From: an uncultured Gammaproteobacteria bacterium
GTDB taxonomy: Bacteria > Patescibacteriota > Microgenomatia > Levybacterales > GWA1-39-11
NCBI GenBank assembly: GCA_964406795.1
Contig: CAYOTA010000007.1
Coordinates: 5,898-69,897, forward strand
Length of the DNA: 64,000 bases
Direction: 5' to 3'
The notes under the pieces were generated by a model. That model did not search any database. It saw only the letters and a program-made list of their open reading frames with translations, and had not been told where the DNA came from. Shown here piece after piece: positions 1 through 8,940 of the stretch (within the stretch, counting starts at the first letter, position 1; each line of letters begins with the position of its first letter). The translations under genes and the position numbers were made by a program.

Positions 1-1
1 A

Positions 2-1156
2 AATAAGGTAGGAAAAGACGGAATTGTAACTGTAGAAGAGGGAAAAGGAGTTGAATTTAGCATAGATTACAAAGAGGGAATGGAATTTGATAAGGGTTAC
101 GCGTCATCTTATTTTGTAACAAATACTGACCGCATGGAGGCTGAAATCAATGACGCATACATTTTAATAACTGACAAAAAAATTACAAACCTTTCAGAAT
201 TGCTTCCGTTCCTCGAAAGCTTTATTAAAGTTTCCAAAAATTTAGTTATCATTGCAGATGACATAGAAGGTGAAGCACTTGCCACCTTGGTACTCAACAA
301 ATTAAGAGGCTCATTTAATGTGTTAGCTCTTAAAGCACCTGGATTTGGTGACAGAAGAAAGGCAATGTTAGAAGATATCGCAGCACTAACTGGTGCAACT
401 GTTATTTCTGACGATTTAGGCCGCAAGTTTGACTCAGTAACTATTGAAGACTGTGGAAGAGCTGAAAAAGTAAAATCCACAAATGAAAATACTCAAATAA
501 TTGGAGGTAAGGGTGAAAAAACAATGGTTAATGCTCGTGTTGGGCAAATAAAAGCAGAATTAGAACGATCAACTTCAGAATTTGACCGCGAAAAACTTCA
601 GGAAAGACTTGCTAAATTATCAGGCGGAGCTGCAGTAATAAACGTAGGAGCAGCAACTGAGGTTGAGATGAAAGAGAAAAAAGAACGCGTTATTGATGCA
701 GTTGCGGCTACTAAAGCAGCACTTGAAGAAGGAATAGTTCCTGGTGGTGGAGTAACACTATTAAAAGCAAGTAAGGTTCTTCCTAAACTAAAAGCGTCAT
801 TAGCTTCTGATGACGAGAAACAAGGAGTACAAGTCTTATATGAAGCACTAGCTCAGCCTGCATCTTGGATTGTCAAAAATGCCGGAGAAGAGCCGGGAGT
901 TATCATGCGGGACCTAGAAGCGTCAAAAGAAGATGATTATGGATTTAATGTAATGACCATGAAATATGGCTCTATGATAGAGGCAGGAATTGTGGATCCG
1001 GCAAAAGTAACCCGCACCGCAGTTCAAAATTCAGCATCTGTTGCCATGATGGTACTCACCACAGAGGCACTTATTTCAGATATTCCAGAAAAGAAAGATT
1101 CTCCAGCAGGCGGAATGCCGGGCGGCATGCCAGGCATGGGCGGCATGGATTTCTAG
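2..1156 (+). CDS. groL: Chaperonin GroEL (60 kDa), 5-prime truncated by window edge
   Basis: The frame stays open from nt 2 and reads [33 protein letters not shown]..., matching the GroEL apical/intermediate region. The C-terminal [15 protein letters not shown] tail is typical of GroEL. Confidence 0.95.
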   Translation, partial: NKVGKDGIVTVEEGKGVEFSIDYKEGMEFDKGYASSYFVTNTDRMEAEINDAYILITDKKITNLSELLPFLESFIKVSKNLVIIADDIEGEALATLVLNKLRGSFNVLALKAPGFGDRRKAMLEDIAALTGATVISDDLGRKFDSVTIEDCGRAEKVKSTNENTQIIGGKGEKTMVNARVGQIKAELERSTSEFDREKLQERLAKLSGGAAVINVGAATEVEMKEKKERVIDAVAATKAALEEGIVPGGGVTLLKASKVLPKLKASLASDDEKQGVQVLYEALAQPASWIVKNAGEEPGVIMRDLEASKEDDYGFNVMTMKYGSMIEAGIVDPAKVTRTAVQNSASVAMMVLTTEALISDIPEKKDSPAGGMPGGMPGMGGMDF

Positions 1157-1198
1157 TTAATCCTCGTTTTTCATCTTCCAACAAGGTAAAATAAACAC

Positions 1199-2071
1199 AT
1201 GATAGATGTGCATTGCCATTTAAATTTCTACAAGTTTAATAATGATTACGATCAGGTAATTAAAGATGCATTAAACGCTGGTGTTTCAAAAATTGTGAAT
1301 ACCGGTACTTCTATTGAATCCAGTGCCAAAGCTGTGGAATTAGCCTCAAAATATCCAGAACTGTATGCAATTGTGGGAATCCACCCACACCATGCAGATA
1401 AGACCGAAGCTTCGTTCTTGCAGTCCTCGGCTGCGCCTGCGGGCTTAAAAACAGACGCAAAATATGAGGGGATTCCAGCTGAGAATTGGCTGGAACAACT
1501 AGAGATTTTGGCCAAAAAGCCAAAAGTAATTGGAATTGGAGAAATAGGCATGGACTATTTTAGATACAAGTCTAATGGAATAGTTGAGAAAAAACTTCAG
1601 GAAGACGCATTTAGAAAACAGATAGAATTATCAATAAAGCTTGGATTACCGCTTCAAATACACAATAGGTTGGCGTGGGATGATACTTTAAACATGCTTT
1701 TAGAATACAAAAATCAGTTACAAAGGGTTCCGGGAATGTTCCATTGCTATTCGGGAAGCATAGGATTTACCAGGAAAGTTTTGGATGCGGGATTTTACCT
1801 GGGCTTTGATGGAAATTCCACCTATCCGGGAATTCCTCCCGGTGAAAGTACGTCACTTTCAGATCTTATAAAGTATGCACCCATGGATCGGATCCTTACA
1901 GAAACGGATAGTCCGTTTTTATCCCCACAAGAACTTCGCGGGACTCGCAATGTTCCTCAAAATGTTATAATTGTAGGAGAGCACATAGGGCATCTTAAAG
2001 GTATCTCAAAAGACGAAGTAAAGGCCGCAACTGAGGCTAATTTTAAAGCAGTTTTTGGAAAACATATATGA
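1199..2071 (+). CDS. TatD-family metal-dependent hydrolase/DNase
   Basis: N-terminal IDVHCHLNF (HxH metal site), a GIGEIGMDY motif and C-terminal TETDSPF are TatD/YabD hallmarks. The stop overlaps the next start in an ATGA junction. Confidence 0.85.
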   Translation: MIDVHCHLNFYKFNNDYDQVIKDALNAGVSKIVNTGTSIESSAKAVELASKYPELYAIVGIHPHHADKTEASFLQSSAAPAGLKTDAKYEGIPAENWLEQLEILAKKPKVIGIGEIGMDYFRYKSNGIVEKKLQEDAFRKQIELSIKLGLPLQIHNRLAWDDTLNMLLEYKNQLQRVPGMFHCYSGSIGFTRKVLDAGFYLGFDGNSTYPGIPPGESTSLSDLIKYAPMDRILTETDSPFLSPQELRGTRNVPQNVIIVGEHIGHLKGISKDEVKAATEANFKAVFGKHI

Positions 2072-3567
2072 TTAACACGTATCTTAATAAGTTTTTTACC
2101 CGTTACCCCAGAAAATCAATTCGTCTTCTTGAAATACTACCTCCGTTAACAGCGTTATTTTTAATCAGTATTCCGTTCTGGGGAGCGCTCATTTTTCCTG
2201 TAGAGTTAGCTTATTTTATTATTTTTTTTGACATATATTGGCTTTATAAATCATTAAATCTTGCTATTTGTTCATTTACTGCATCCCGGAAAATTAAAAA
2301 GGCAGAGAACACTAATTACGCAGCATTAGCAGCCCTTCAGCCAGACTTTAAAAAAGTGCATCACGTGGTAGTAATTCCAACATATAAGGAATCTGTAAGT
2401 AAATTATCAGACACCATTGAAAGCTTAAAAGCTCAAACTCTGCCATTATCCCAAATTCACATATTTTTAGGATTTGAAGTTCGTGAAGAAGAAGCACATT
2501 CTAAAGCAGAAGAGTTGATTAGTAGTTATGGAAAGATATTTGGTACGGTTCATGCTTCTTACCATCCGGATATAGAAGGCGAGTTAAAAGGAAAAGCGTC
2601 TAATCAGGCTTTTGCGGCTCGTGAGGCATATGACATGCTTGTTACAAGGAAAAAAATGGACGTAGATTTTATGACTGTGTCCTCCGTTGACGCAGATTCT
2701 ATATTTGACCCTCAATACTTTGCATATCTTACCTATGAATTTTTAATCTCCCCGGAAAGACACTTAAGATTTTTCATGTCAGCAAATGTGTATTACAATA
2801 ACTTCTGGAAGGTTCCAGCTGGAACACGCGTGTTTGCGTTTTTTGGAAGCTTGGTAAGAACGTCTTTATTAGTTCAAGGAATTCGTTTAATTCCAAATTC
2901 CACGTATACGTTATCTTTTAAGCTTTTGCATGACATAGATTTTTGGGATACCGACGTTATACCTGAAGATTATAGAGTATTCTTTAAGGCTTTTTTTCAA
3001 AAAAAAGGTCGGGTATCTGTGGTTCCAATTTTTCTTAAAACCTCCATGGACTCTCCTCAATCCATGACGTATTTTGGAAGTCTTATGAATAAATATAATC
3101 AAGAAAGACGTTGGTCATGGGGAATTTCAGACGACGCAGTATTTATAAAGTGGTGGCTAACAGTAAAAGATGTACCATTTTTGAAAAAAACATTCTTAGT
3201 TTCCAACGTTATGATGGATCACATTTTGTGGCCTGTGAACTGGTTTTTAATTACAATATCTGCAAATTTAGTAGTATTTTTAAATCCGGAATTCTCACGT
3301 ACAGCGCTAGGATACACGCTTCCTCATTTGTCAGGTTTCATTTTAACTATTTGTTTATTTGCACTGTTTGTTCTTATTTACGTTGACTTTGATTTGCGCT
3401 CTAATAAATATGCGTCTCCTCCTAAAATGAAACAATTTATGTTTCCGCTAGAATTTGTATTAATGCCTATAGCCGGCCTGTTTTTATCCACAATTCCAGC
3501 GTTAATCTCTCACATACAATTAATTCGCGGAAAACGCCTAGAATATAAGGTCACCGAAAAGGTGTAA
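2068..3567 (+). CDS. Membrane-embedded processive family-2 glycosyltransferase (CesA/PgaC/NodC-like)
   Basis: N-terminal TM helices, then VVIPTYKE (GT2 nucleotide-binding start), a SSVDADS D-x-D motif and QERRWSWG (the QxxRW motif of processive beta-glycan synthases), followed by C-terminal TM helices. Confidence 0.7.
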   Translation: MINTYLNKFFTRYPRKSIRLLEILPPLTALFLISIPFWGALIFPVELAYFIIFFDIYWLYKSLNLAICSFTASRKIKKAENTNYAALAALQPDFKKVHHVVVIPTYKESVSKLSDTIESLKAQTLPLSQIHIFLGFEVREEEAHSKAEELISSYGKIFGTVHASYHPDIEGELKGKASNQAFAAREAYDMLVTRKKMDVDFMTVSSVDADSIFDPQYFAYLTYEFLISPERHLRFFMSANVYYNNFWKVPAGTRVFAFFGSLVRTSLLVQGIRLIPNSTYTLSFKLLHDIDFWDTDVIPEDYRVFFKAFFQKKGRVSVVPIFLKTSMDSPQSMTYFGSLMNKYNQERRWSWGISDDAVFIKWWLTVKDVPFLKKTFLVSNVMMDHILWPVNWFLITISANLVVFLNPEFSRTALGYTLPHLSGFILTICLFALFVLIYVDFDLRSNKYASPPKMKQFMFPLEFVLMPIAGLFLSTIPALISHIQLIRGKRLEYKVTEKV

Positions 3568-3573
3568 TACAAC

Positions 3574-5109
3574 GTGAAAAAACTTATTCATTCATTTTGC
3601 AGATTGGAAATTGCGCCTCACGCATATGACTTCTTTTTATTAGGAGCTGTATTTGTTTTTTCTTTGCTTAGAATCCCATCCCTAATAGAACCCGAATGGT
3701 ATGGTGATGAAGGGATATATCAAGTAATTGGGGCAGCGTTAAATCAAGGCAGTCTGTTGTACCGTGACATATGGGACAATAAGCCTCCGCTTTTATATGT
3801 GTATTACGCATTAGTTAATGGAGATTTATTTGCCATTAAATTTATGTCTTTACTGTTTGGACTTGCCGCAGTTATTTCATTTTTCTTCCTTGCAAAAAGT
3901 ATCTTCCAAAATAAAAAATTACCTACGTTTGTTTCGACCAGCGTATTTGTGTATTTATTTGGTGCGCCAGTTCTGGAGGGAAATGTAGCAAATGCAGAAA
4001 ATTTTATACTTTTCCCCATTATTCTGTCTCTTCTATTAATTACTAAACTTACTTCAAGGTCAAACTTTTTAATACCCGTAGTATCCGGACTGTTACTGTC
4101 AATTGCCTTTTTAACAAAGATAGTTGCAGTTTTTGATCTTACTGCATTTTTGGTTATTCTTTTTTGCTTAAGGTTTTATAACAAAAATATTTTAGACATA
4201 AAAAGACACGCATTGTCCAAGCCAAAGGAATTTCTAGTAGCTATCAAACAAGAATTGTTGATTTTGGGTGCGTTTATAATTCCTATTTTTCTTACCTGGT
4301 TATATTTTGTTTTTATGGGTTCGTCATCAGAATTTTTAAGTGCAACATTTTCAAATAACGTTGGATATGTTGGATGGAAAAATTATTTTGTCATGCAAGT
4401 AGGAACTATAAATATTTCAATTCCTCAAGGATTACTTATTATAAAAATTATCTTACTGATAATAAGCACGTTAGGAATAATTATTTACAGAAAGAAGTTT
4501 TCCATCACATCGTTAATTGTGTATACGTGGCTTATATTTAGTTTATTTAATGCGTTTTTCTCAGGGCGCCCTTACACACATTATGTATTAACATTTGTTC
4601 CGGCATTCAGTTTGCTTATAGGACTAATATTTCTTCAGCGAAAACGGTTTGTTGCGCACGCAATAGTTGCATTTCTTGTGTTACTTCTGGTACGTGAGAA
4701 TTTTGATATATATAAAAAGAATTTTGCATACTATGTAAATTATACTGATTTTGTAATGGGAGAAAAGTCGGTTTCAGATTATCAGAAATTTTTTGATGGA
4801 GATACTCCCAAAAATTATGCTATCGCAGAATTTATTAAAGACAATACAAGCATCAACGAAAACGTTTTTCTCGTATCAAATAGTTCTACTATTTATTATA
4901 TGGCAGGTAAGTTTCCTCCAGGCCGATATATTGTAGGCTACCATATAGAGTCTTATAAAGAAGCTGTTCTTGAGACACAAAAAGCTTTAGTAAAGTCTAA
5001 GCCAAAATATATAATAAGCACTAATGATAGTTTAGCCAAAAATTTTATTGACAATTATCAATTGCAGTATATACTCTACAATGTAAAGATTTATGAGAAG
5101 CAATTTTAA
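3574..5109 (+). CDS. GT-C fold glycosyltransferase, ArnT/PMT (GT39/GT83)-like polytopic membrane protein
   Basis: N-terminal YGDEGIY...IWDNKPPLLY loop-1 motif typical of dolichyl/undecaprenyl-phosphate-sugar dependent GT-C enzymes, about 11 TM segments, and a soluble C-terminal domain. Confidence 0.65.
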   Translation: MKKLIHSFCRLEIAPHAYDFFLLGAVFVFSLLRIPSLIEPEWYGDEGIYQVIGAALNQGSLLYRDIWDNKPPLLYVYYALVNGDLFAIKFMSLLFGLAAVISFFFLAKSIFQNKKLPTFVSTSVFVYLFGAPVLEGNVANAENFILFPIILSLLLITKLTSRSNFLIPVVSGLLLSIAFLTKIVAVFDLTAFLVILFCLRFYNKNILDIKRHALSKPKEFLVAIKQELLILGAFIIPIFLTWLYFVFMGSSSEFLSATFSNNVGYVGWKNYFVMQVGTINISIPQGLLIIKIILLIISTLGIIIYRKKFSITSLIVYTWLIFSLFNAFFSGRPYTHYVLTFVPAFSLLIGLIFLQRKRFVAHAIVAFLVLLLVRENFDIYKKNFAYYVNYTDFVMGEKSVSDYQKFFDGDTPKNYAIAEFIKDNTSINENVFLVSNSSTIYYMAGKFPPGRYIVGYHIESYKEAVLETQKALVKSKPKYIISTNDSLAKNFIDNYQLQYILYNVKIYEKQF

Positions 5110-5446
5110 AATAGTATTTGCCGACAGGGTTATTTTCTACGCATTGCTAATTTCCATATTGGGAATTTTGCTGCAAATTGCGCTATCCGGTTTTCAATTT
5201 TTAAACTTACCTCCTGTTATTCCGTTATTTAATAGTCTGTCATGGGGGCAAGAACGACTTATTCACAAAATCTTTTTATTTGGTGTTCCTCTATTTTTAT
5301 TACTTATTTTAATCTTAAATCTTTCATGGGCTGCAAAGCTGTATAAAAAAAATGCCTTGTTGTCTAGAGTTCTTGTATTCAACGTTCTATTGGGCGTTTT
5401 TCTTTCTTGTATTGCTCTTGTGCAAATATTTTTTCTTGTATTTTAA
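5093..5446 (+). CDS. Small polytopic membrane protein (3-4 TM), possible GtrA-like flippase accessory
   Basis: Strongly hydrophobic 117-aa ORF that overlaps the GT-C gene end by 17 nt and ends 2 nt before the WecA-like start. No diagnostic motif. Confidence 0.3.
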   Translation: MRSNFKIVFADRVIFYALLISILGILLQIALSGFQFLNLPPVIPLFNSLSWGQERLIHKIFLFGVPLFLLLILILNLSWAAKLYKKNALLSRVLVFNVLLGVFLSCIALVQIFFLVF

Positions 5447-5448
5447 AA

Positions 5449-6492
5449 ATGAATTTTTTAACTTTTTTTGCTCCTTTTTTAGTTGCACTTATTATAGCAC
5501 TTGTGTCCGTACCAATTACTATAAAGTTTGCCAACAAATTTAAGTTAGTGGACGATCCTAAGACTCATAAGCATCCTGCTATAATTCACAAGAAACCAAC
5601 TCCCAGAGCTGGTGGACTACCTATATATATAGCTGTTTTTGTATCTTCAATTATTTTTCTTCCTTATAGTTTTCAGCTCTCAATGATTTTACTTTCCGGC
5701 TTGGGCGTTATAACAGTTGGCTTACTAGATGATAAGTATGATCTGTCTCCCTACATTCGTTTTGGCACAAATATTTTATTTGCCGCTATTGTAGTTTTTT
5801 CAGGTATTACTATCCCCTTTGTAACAAATCCTTTTGGAGGTATTCTTCAATTTTCAAGCGCAGACCTATCTGCATTTTTCATTCCTCAAATACTTGCTAT
5901 CATTTGGATTGTCTGGGTCATGAACATGCTAAATTGGAGCAAAGGGGTAGATGGGCAGATGCCAGGAATCGCGACAATATCAGCGATTGTTATAGGGATT
6001 GCATCACTTCGTTTTCCAGCGCTAGCCGAAGGAAATATTGTTGTTGCAGAATTAGCATTTCTGACGGCAGGTGCCTCCTTAGGTTTTTTGTTTTTTAATT
6101 TTTACCCTGCAAAAATATTTCCCGGATATAGTGCAACTTTATTAGGATTTTTGATTGGTATCCTTTCCATATTGTCAGGTGTAAAGCTTGCAACTGCAGT
6201 GTTAGTGATGGGCATACCTACGGCAGATGCACTTTTTACAATCTTACGGCGGACTATGTCAAAAAAGTCCCCCTTTTGGCATGATAAAGGGCATTTACAT
6301 CACCTTCTCTTGCAGCTAGGCCTGTCTCAACGAAGTATAGCCATGTTTTATTGGTCTATGTCAGCTGTGTTAGGTGCTATAGCATTAACACTATCTAGTA
6401 AAGGTAAACTTTTTGCTATAATTTTATTAGTAGTCTTGGTTACTGGCGGAATATTGTTCTTGCGTTTTGTAGCACGAAAAAAAGCAGCATGA
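5449..6492 (+). CDS. Polyprenyl-phosphate sugar-1-phosphate transferase (WecA/MraY family, GT4)
   Basis: VDDPKTHKHP...RAGGLPIY, LLDDKYDL (DDxxD) and NMLNWSKGVDGQMPG are MraY/WecA signatures. The ATG at 5449 follows the upstream stop; the ORF-track start at 5407 is probably an over-extension. Confidence 0.85.
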   Translation: MNFLTFFAPFLVALIIALVSVPITIKFANKFKLVDDPKTHKHPAIIHKKPTPRAGGLPIYIAVFVSSIIFLPYSFQLSMILLSGLGVITVGLLDDKYDLSPYIRFGTNILFAAIVVFSGITIPFVTNPFGGILQFSSADLSAFFIPQILAIIWIVWVMNMLNWSKGVDGQMPGIATISAIVIGIASLRFPALAEGNIVVAELAFLTAGASLGFLFFNFYPAKIFPGYSATLLGFLIGILSILSGVKLATAVLVMGIPTADALFTILRRTMSKKSPFWHDKGHLHHLLLQLGLSQRSIAMFYWSMSAVLGAIALTLSSKGKLFAIILLVVLVTGGILFLRFVARKKAA

Positions 6493-7427
6493 CAAACTCT
6501 TTGGGTTTTTATATTTTTAAATTAATGCGTCCACGTCAGTGGATTAAAAACTTTGCATTATTTGCAGCTCCCATGTTTGGAGCGCAACTATTCGTAGAGG
6601 ACTTGCTGTTTAAAATCAGTATGGGTTTTATAGCATTTTGTTTATTGTCCTCATCAACATATATCATAAATGATTTGTTAGATGTTCAAAAAGATAAACT
6701 GCATCCGTTTAAGAAAATGAGGCCGATAGCCAGCGGACACGTTTCTGTAAACCAAGCAATAGTTGTATTTGCAATCTTAATATTTTCGTCCCTTTTTGTT
6801 TCATATCAAATATCCGTATTCTTTCTTTTAATTTCTATTCTGTATTTAATACTTCAACTCTCTTATTCATTACTTTTTAAAAGCTTAGTAGTTTTTGATA
6901 TTCTGTTTATAGCAGCAGGATATATATTACGTGTTTTAGCAGGAGAAGTTATTTCAGGGTATCACATTTCTGTATGGTTGCTGTTGACCACCGTATCTCT
7001 TTCACTGTTCTTGGCTGTTGGAAAACGTCGCTCAGAGTTAACGCTTTTAAGAAATCAAACTGGCGCACATATAGCCAATGTCAGGAAAAGCCTATCTCAT
7101 TATTCGGATCATTTGCTTGATGCGTACTCAATGATGTTTGCGACCACAACTTTGATTTTTTATTCATTATTTACGTTTCTTGAAAGTACGAGGAGTGTTC
7201 AGCTGCCGGAAATATTATTGCCTGAATTTTTGCCTGAATACCTTCAGCGTAAGTGGCTCATGATTACAATCTTGCCCGTAATTTATGGCGTCATGAGATA
7301 TTTACAGGATATATATGAAAAAAGTGAAGGAGAAAGTCCAGACCGAGTATTGCTTTCAGACAAAGCGCTTTTGGCGGCAGTTATTTTGTGGGGAATACTG
7401 GTTATGTTTGTAATTTACGTGTTATAG
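6489..7427 (+). CDS. UbiA-family prenyltransferase, decaprenyl-phosphate phosphoribosyltransferase (DPPR synthase)-like
   Basis: N-terminal MRPRQWIKNFALFAAPMFG and NDLLDVQKDKLHP (Asp-rich motif), with about 8 TM. Resembles Rv3806c-type UbiA enzymes. ATGA overlap with the upstream gene. Confidence 0.75.
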   Translation: MTNSLGFYIFKLMRPRQWIKNFALFAAPMFGAQLFVEDLLFKISMGFIAFCLLSSSTYIINDLLDVQKDKLHPFKKMRPIASGHVSVNQAIVVFAILIFSSLFVSYQISVFFLLISILYLILQLSYSLLFKSLVVFDILFIAAGYILRVLAGEVISGYHISVWLLLTTVSLSLFLAVGKRRSELTLLRNQTGAHIANVRKSLSHYSDHLLDAYSMMFATTTLIFYSLFTFLESTRSVQLPEILLPEFLPEYLQRKWLMITILPVIYGVMRYLQDIYEKSEGESPDRVLLSDKALLAAVILWGILVMFVIYVL

Positions 7428-8264
7428 CTTCTTTTCAGCAAAGCTGCTGCTTATCCAGCCTTCGACTCCATTTTTCAGTTGTATTTTATACCAATCATTT
7501 TCTTCAGCTACAAGTACCAATTCATCTTTAGGAAGCACTCTCCCAATTTCTAAAGACGCGATATTTGGTTCCTGCCGTACTCGCAAAAAGCCGGTAGGGG
7601 TTGCGAGTATGGTAACTAGCCGCTGAATGGTTGTAGGTGTTGGACTTGGGGAACCAAGGCTCCCGGGAAGCACCTCTTCTGCTTCTGGCTGTGTTCCCAA
7701 AAGTGCTTCAATAACAAGTTTGTAGCCGGGAATAGTTTTAACACGAATCGTCTTTTTTCCATACCCTCCTTTTTGCAGTTCTACTTCATGTTCGGATGAT
7801 GATATGGGTGTGATTAAGTTTGGTGTAGCACCTGTTTCATTCCCATCCACTGAAACGAGAGCGCCTGAAGGAAGGGATGACACAAAAAGTTGCGGGTCAG
7901 TACCTGATGCCTTTTCAAGCGTAAGAATATATGAGCTCGCATAGCTTCCTGGAAGAAATGTTCTATCTACAGCTGTTAGAACACCGCGTCCTATTTTTAT
8001 TTTTGTTGAAAACTTTTCAAAGCCTCCTTCGGGTATTAATTCAAGCGTATAGTTTCCCGCATCTACCCTGTCTACCTGTTCACACTTGCACAGTGGAGTT
8101 GTCCCAAGTGTTTTTCCATTTAACACTACTTTAGCAGGTACATTTGACGTAACCTGGAGAGCTCCAGTACCTTTAGGGATAAGTGTGCCAGCAACTCGAA
8201 AGAGAAGAAAAAACCCTATGAAGATAACGAGAATAGAAAGCATACTGACGAACTTTTTTCGCAT
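7422..8264 (-). CDS. PEGA-domain / SH3b-domain membrane-anchored protein
   Basis: N-terminal TM helix. ALQVTSNVPAKVVLNGKTLGTTP and a second PEGA-like beta unit are present, plus a C-terminal WYKIQLKNGVEGWISSSF SH3b-like motif. Start taken at MRKKF (8264) rather than the ORF-track 8333. Confidence 0.55.
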   Translation of the reverse strand: MRKKFVSMLSILVIFIGFFLLFRVAGTLIPKGTGALQVTSNVPAKVVLNGKTLGTTPLCKCEQVDRVDAGNYTLELIPEGGFEKFSTKIKIGRGVLTAVDRTFLPGSYASSYILTLEKASGTDPQLFVSSLPSGALVSVDGNETGATPNLITPISSSEHEVELQKGGYGKKTIRVKTIPGYKLVIEALLGTQPEAEEVLPGSLGSPSPTPTTIQRLVTILATPTGFLRVRQEPNIASLEIGRVLPKDELVLVAEENDWYKIQLKNGVEGWISSSFAEKKL

Positions 8265-8327
8265 GTCATTATAGTAGCAAACAACTACAATCTTCTCAAC
8301 ATGCCAAAGACTAAGTTCTTGACAAAT

Positions 8328-8354
8328 TAGCACTCAATGTGATAGAGTGATAAC
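8328..8354 (+). promoter_or_regulatory. CIRCE operator (HrcA binding site) overlapping the hsp20 promoter
   Basis: TTAGCACTC-aatgtgata-GAGTGATAA against the consensus TTAGCACTC-N9-GAGTGCTAA: left arm perfect, right arm one mismatch. A TTGACA -35 hexamer lies at 8320-8325. Confidence 0.75.
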
Positions 8355-8417
8355 ATATAAAACAAAGCCTTTTTGAATTGTATCTTATACGAAAAGTAAC
8401 GAAAGGAGGTGAGCAGT

Positions 8418-8858
8418 ATGGCAATAATCAGACTAAATCCTTGGAGCATTGACCGTATATTTGATGATGACTTTAATTTTCCTACTATTCATGGAGTATC
8501 CAAATTAATGGGTCAAGGAATAAACATTTACGAAACACAAGACTCAATAGTAGCAGAAACTGCTATCCCTGGACTTTCTGAAACAGATGTAGATGTAACT
8601 TTTGAGGACGGTGTTGTTAGAATAAGCGGGACAAAAGAGGAGAAACAGGAAGAAAAAGATAAAAGAAGGTACTTCATGTCTTCAATGATTGCATCATTTA
8701 ATTATTCATTTAGAATTCCACAAGGTGTTGTAAAAATACAAGAACCTAAGGCAGAACTTGAGGATGGTATTTTGAAGCTCACCTTCAGTAAGGTTGAGAA
8801 AAAAGAACCTAAAAGAATCAAGGTTTTTAAAAAAGCAAAAGTTAAAGCAATTTCATAA
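8418..8858 (+). CDS. Hsp20/alpha-crystallin small heat shock protein
   Basis: Alpha-crystallin domain (ETQDSIVAETAIPGL...VDVTFEDGVVRISG...SFRIPQGV). A GGAGGTGA SD sits 6 nt before the ATG at 8418; the ORF-track GTG at 8409 is unlikely. Confidence 0.85.
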   Translation: MAIIRLNPWSIDRIFDDDFNFPTIHGVSKLMGQGINIYETQDSIVAETAIPGLSETDVDVTFEDGVVRISGTKEEKQEEKDKRRYFMSSMIASFNYSFRIPQGVVKIQEPKAELEDGILKLTFSKVEKKEPKRIKVFKKAKVKAIS

Positions 8859-8881
8859 TGTTTTAATGTGCTTTTATAAAA

Positions 8882-8914
8882 TGTGCCCCTGTAAATTACA
8901 GGGGCACATTTGTT
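8882..8914. terminator. Bidirectional rho-independent terminator between convergent genes
   Basis: Perfect 10-bp stem TGTGCCCCTG / CAGGGGCACA with a 7-nt loop, A-rich 5-prime flank and TTTGTTT 3-prime flank. Confidence 0.7.
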
Positions 8915-8940
8915 TAAAATCATAATTACTAAGCAAGCAG

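Noticed and set aside
109-480. 123-aa ORF antisense to groEL, and similar antisense ORFs inside tatD (1252-1551, 1311-1523), carB (16439-16840, 16943-17140, 18332-18604), carA (19888-20148), pyrB (20697-20912, 21240-21470) and dnaK (23837-24217)
   Set aside because: Each is fully embedded in the opposite strand of a highly conserved, confidently identified gene. Their translations are low-complexity with no motifs, so they are shadow ORFs.
3111-3386. 91-aa and 63-aa ORFs (3111-3386 plus strand, 2911-3102 minus strand) inside the GT2 gene
   Set aside because: They are out-of-frame overlaps of a gene with clear GT2 motifs, with no independent support.
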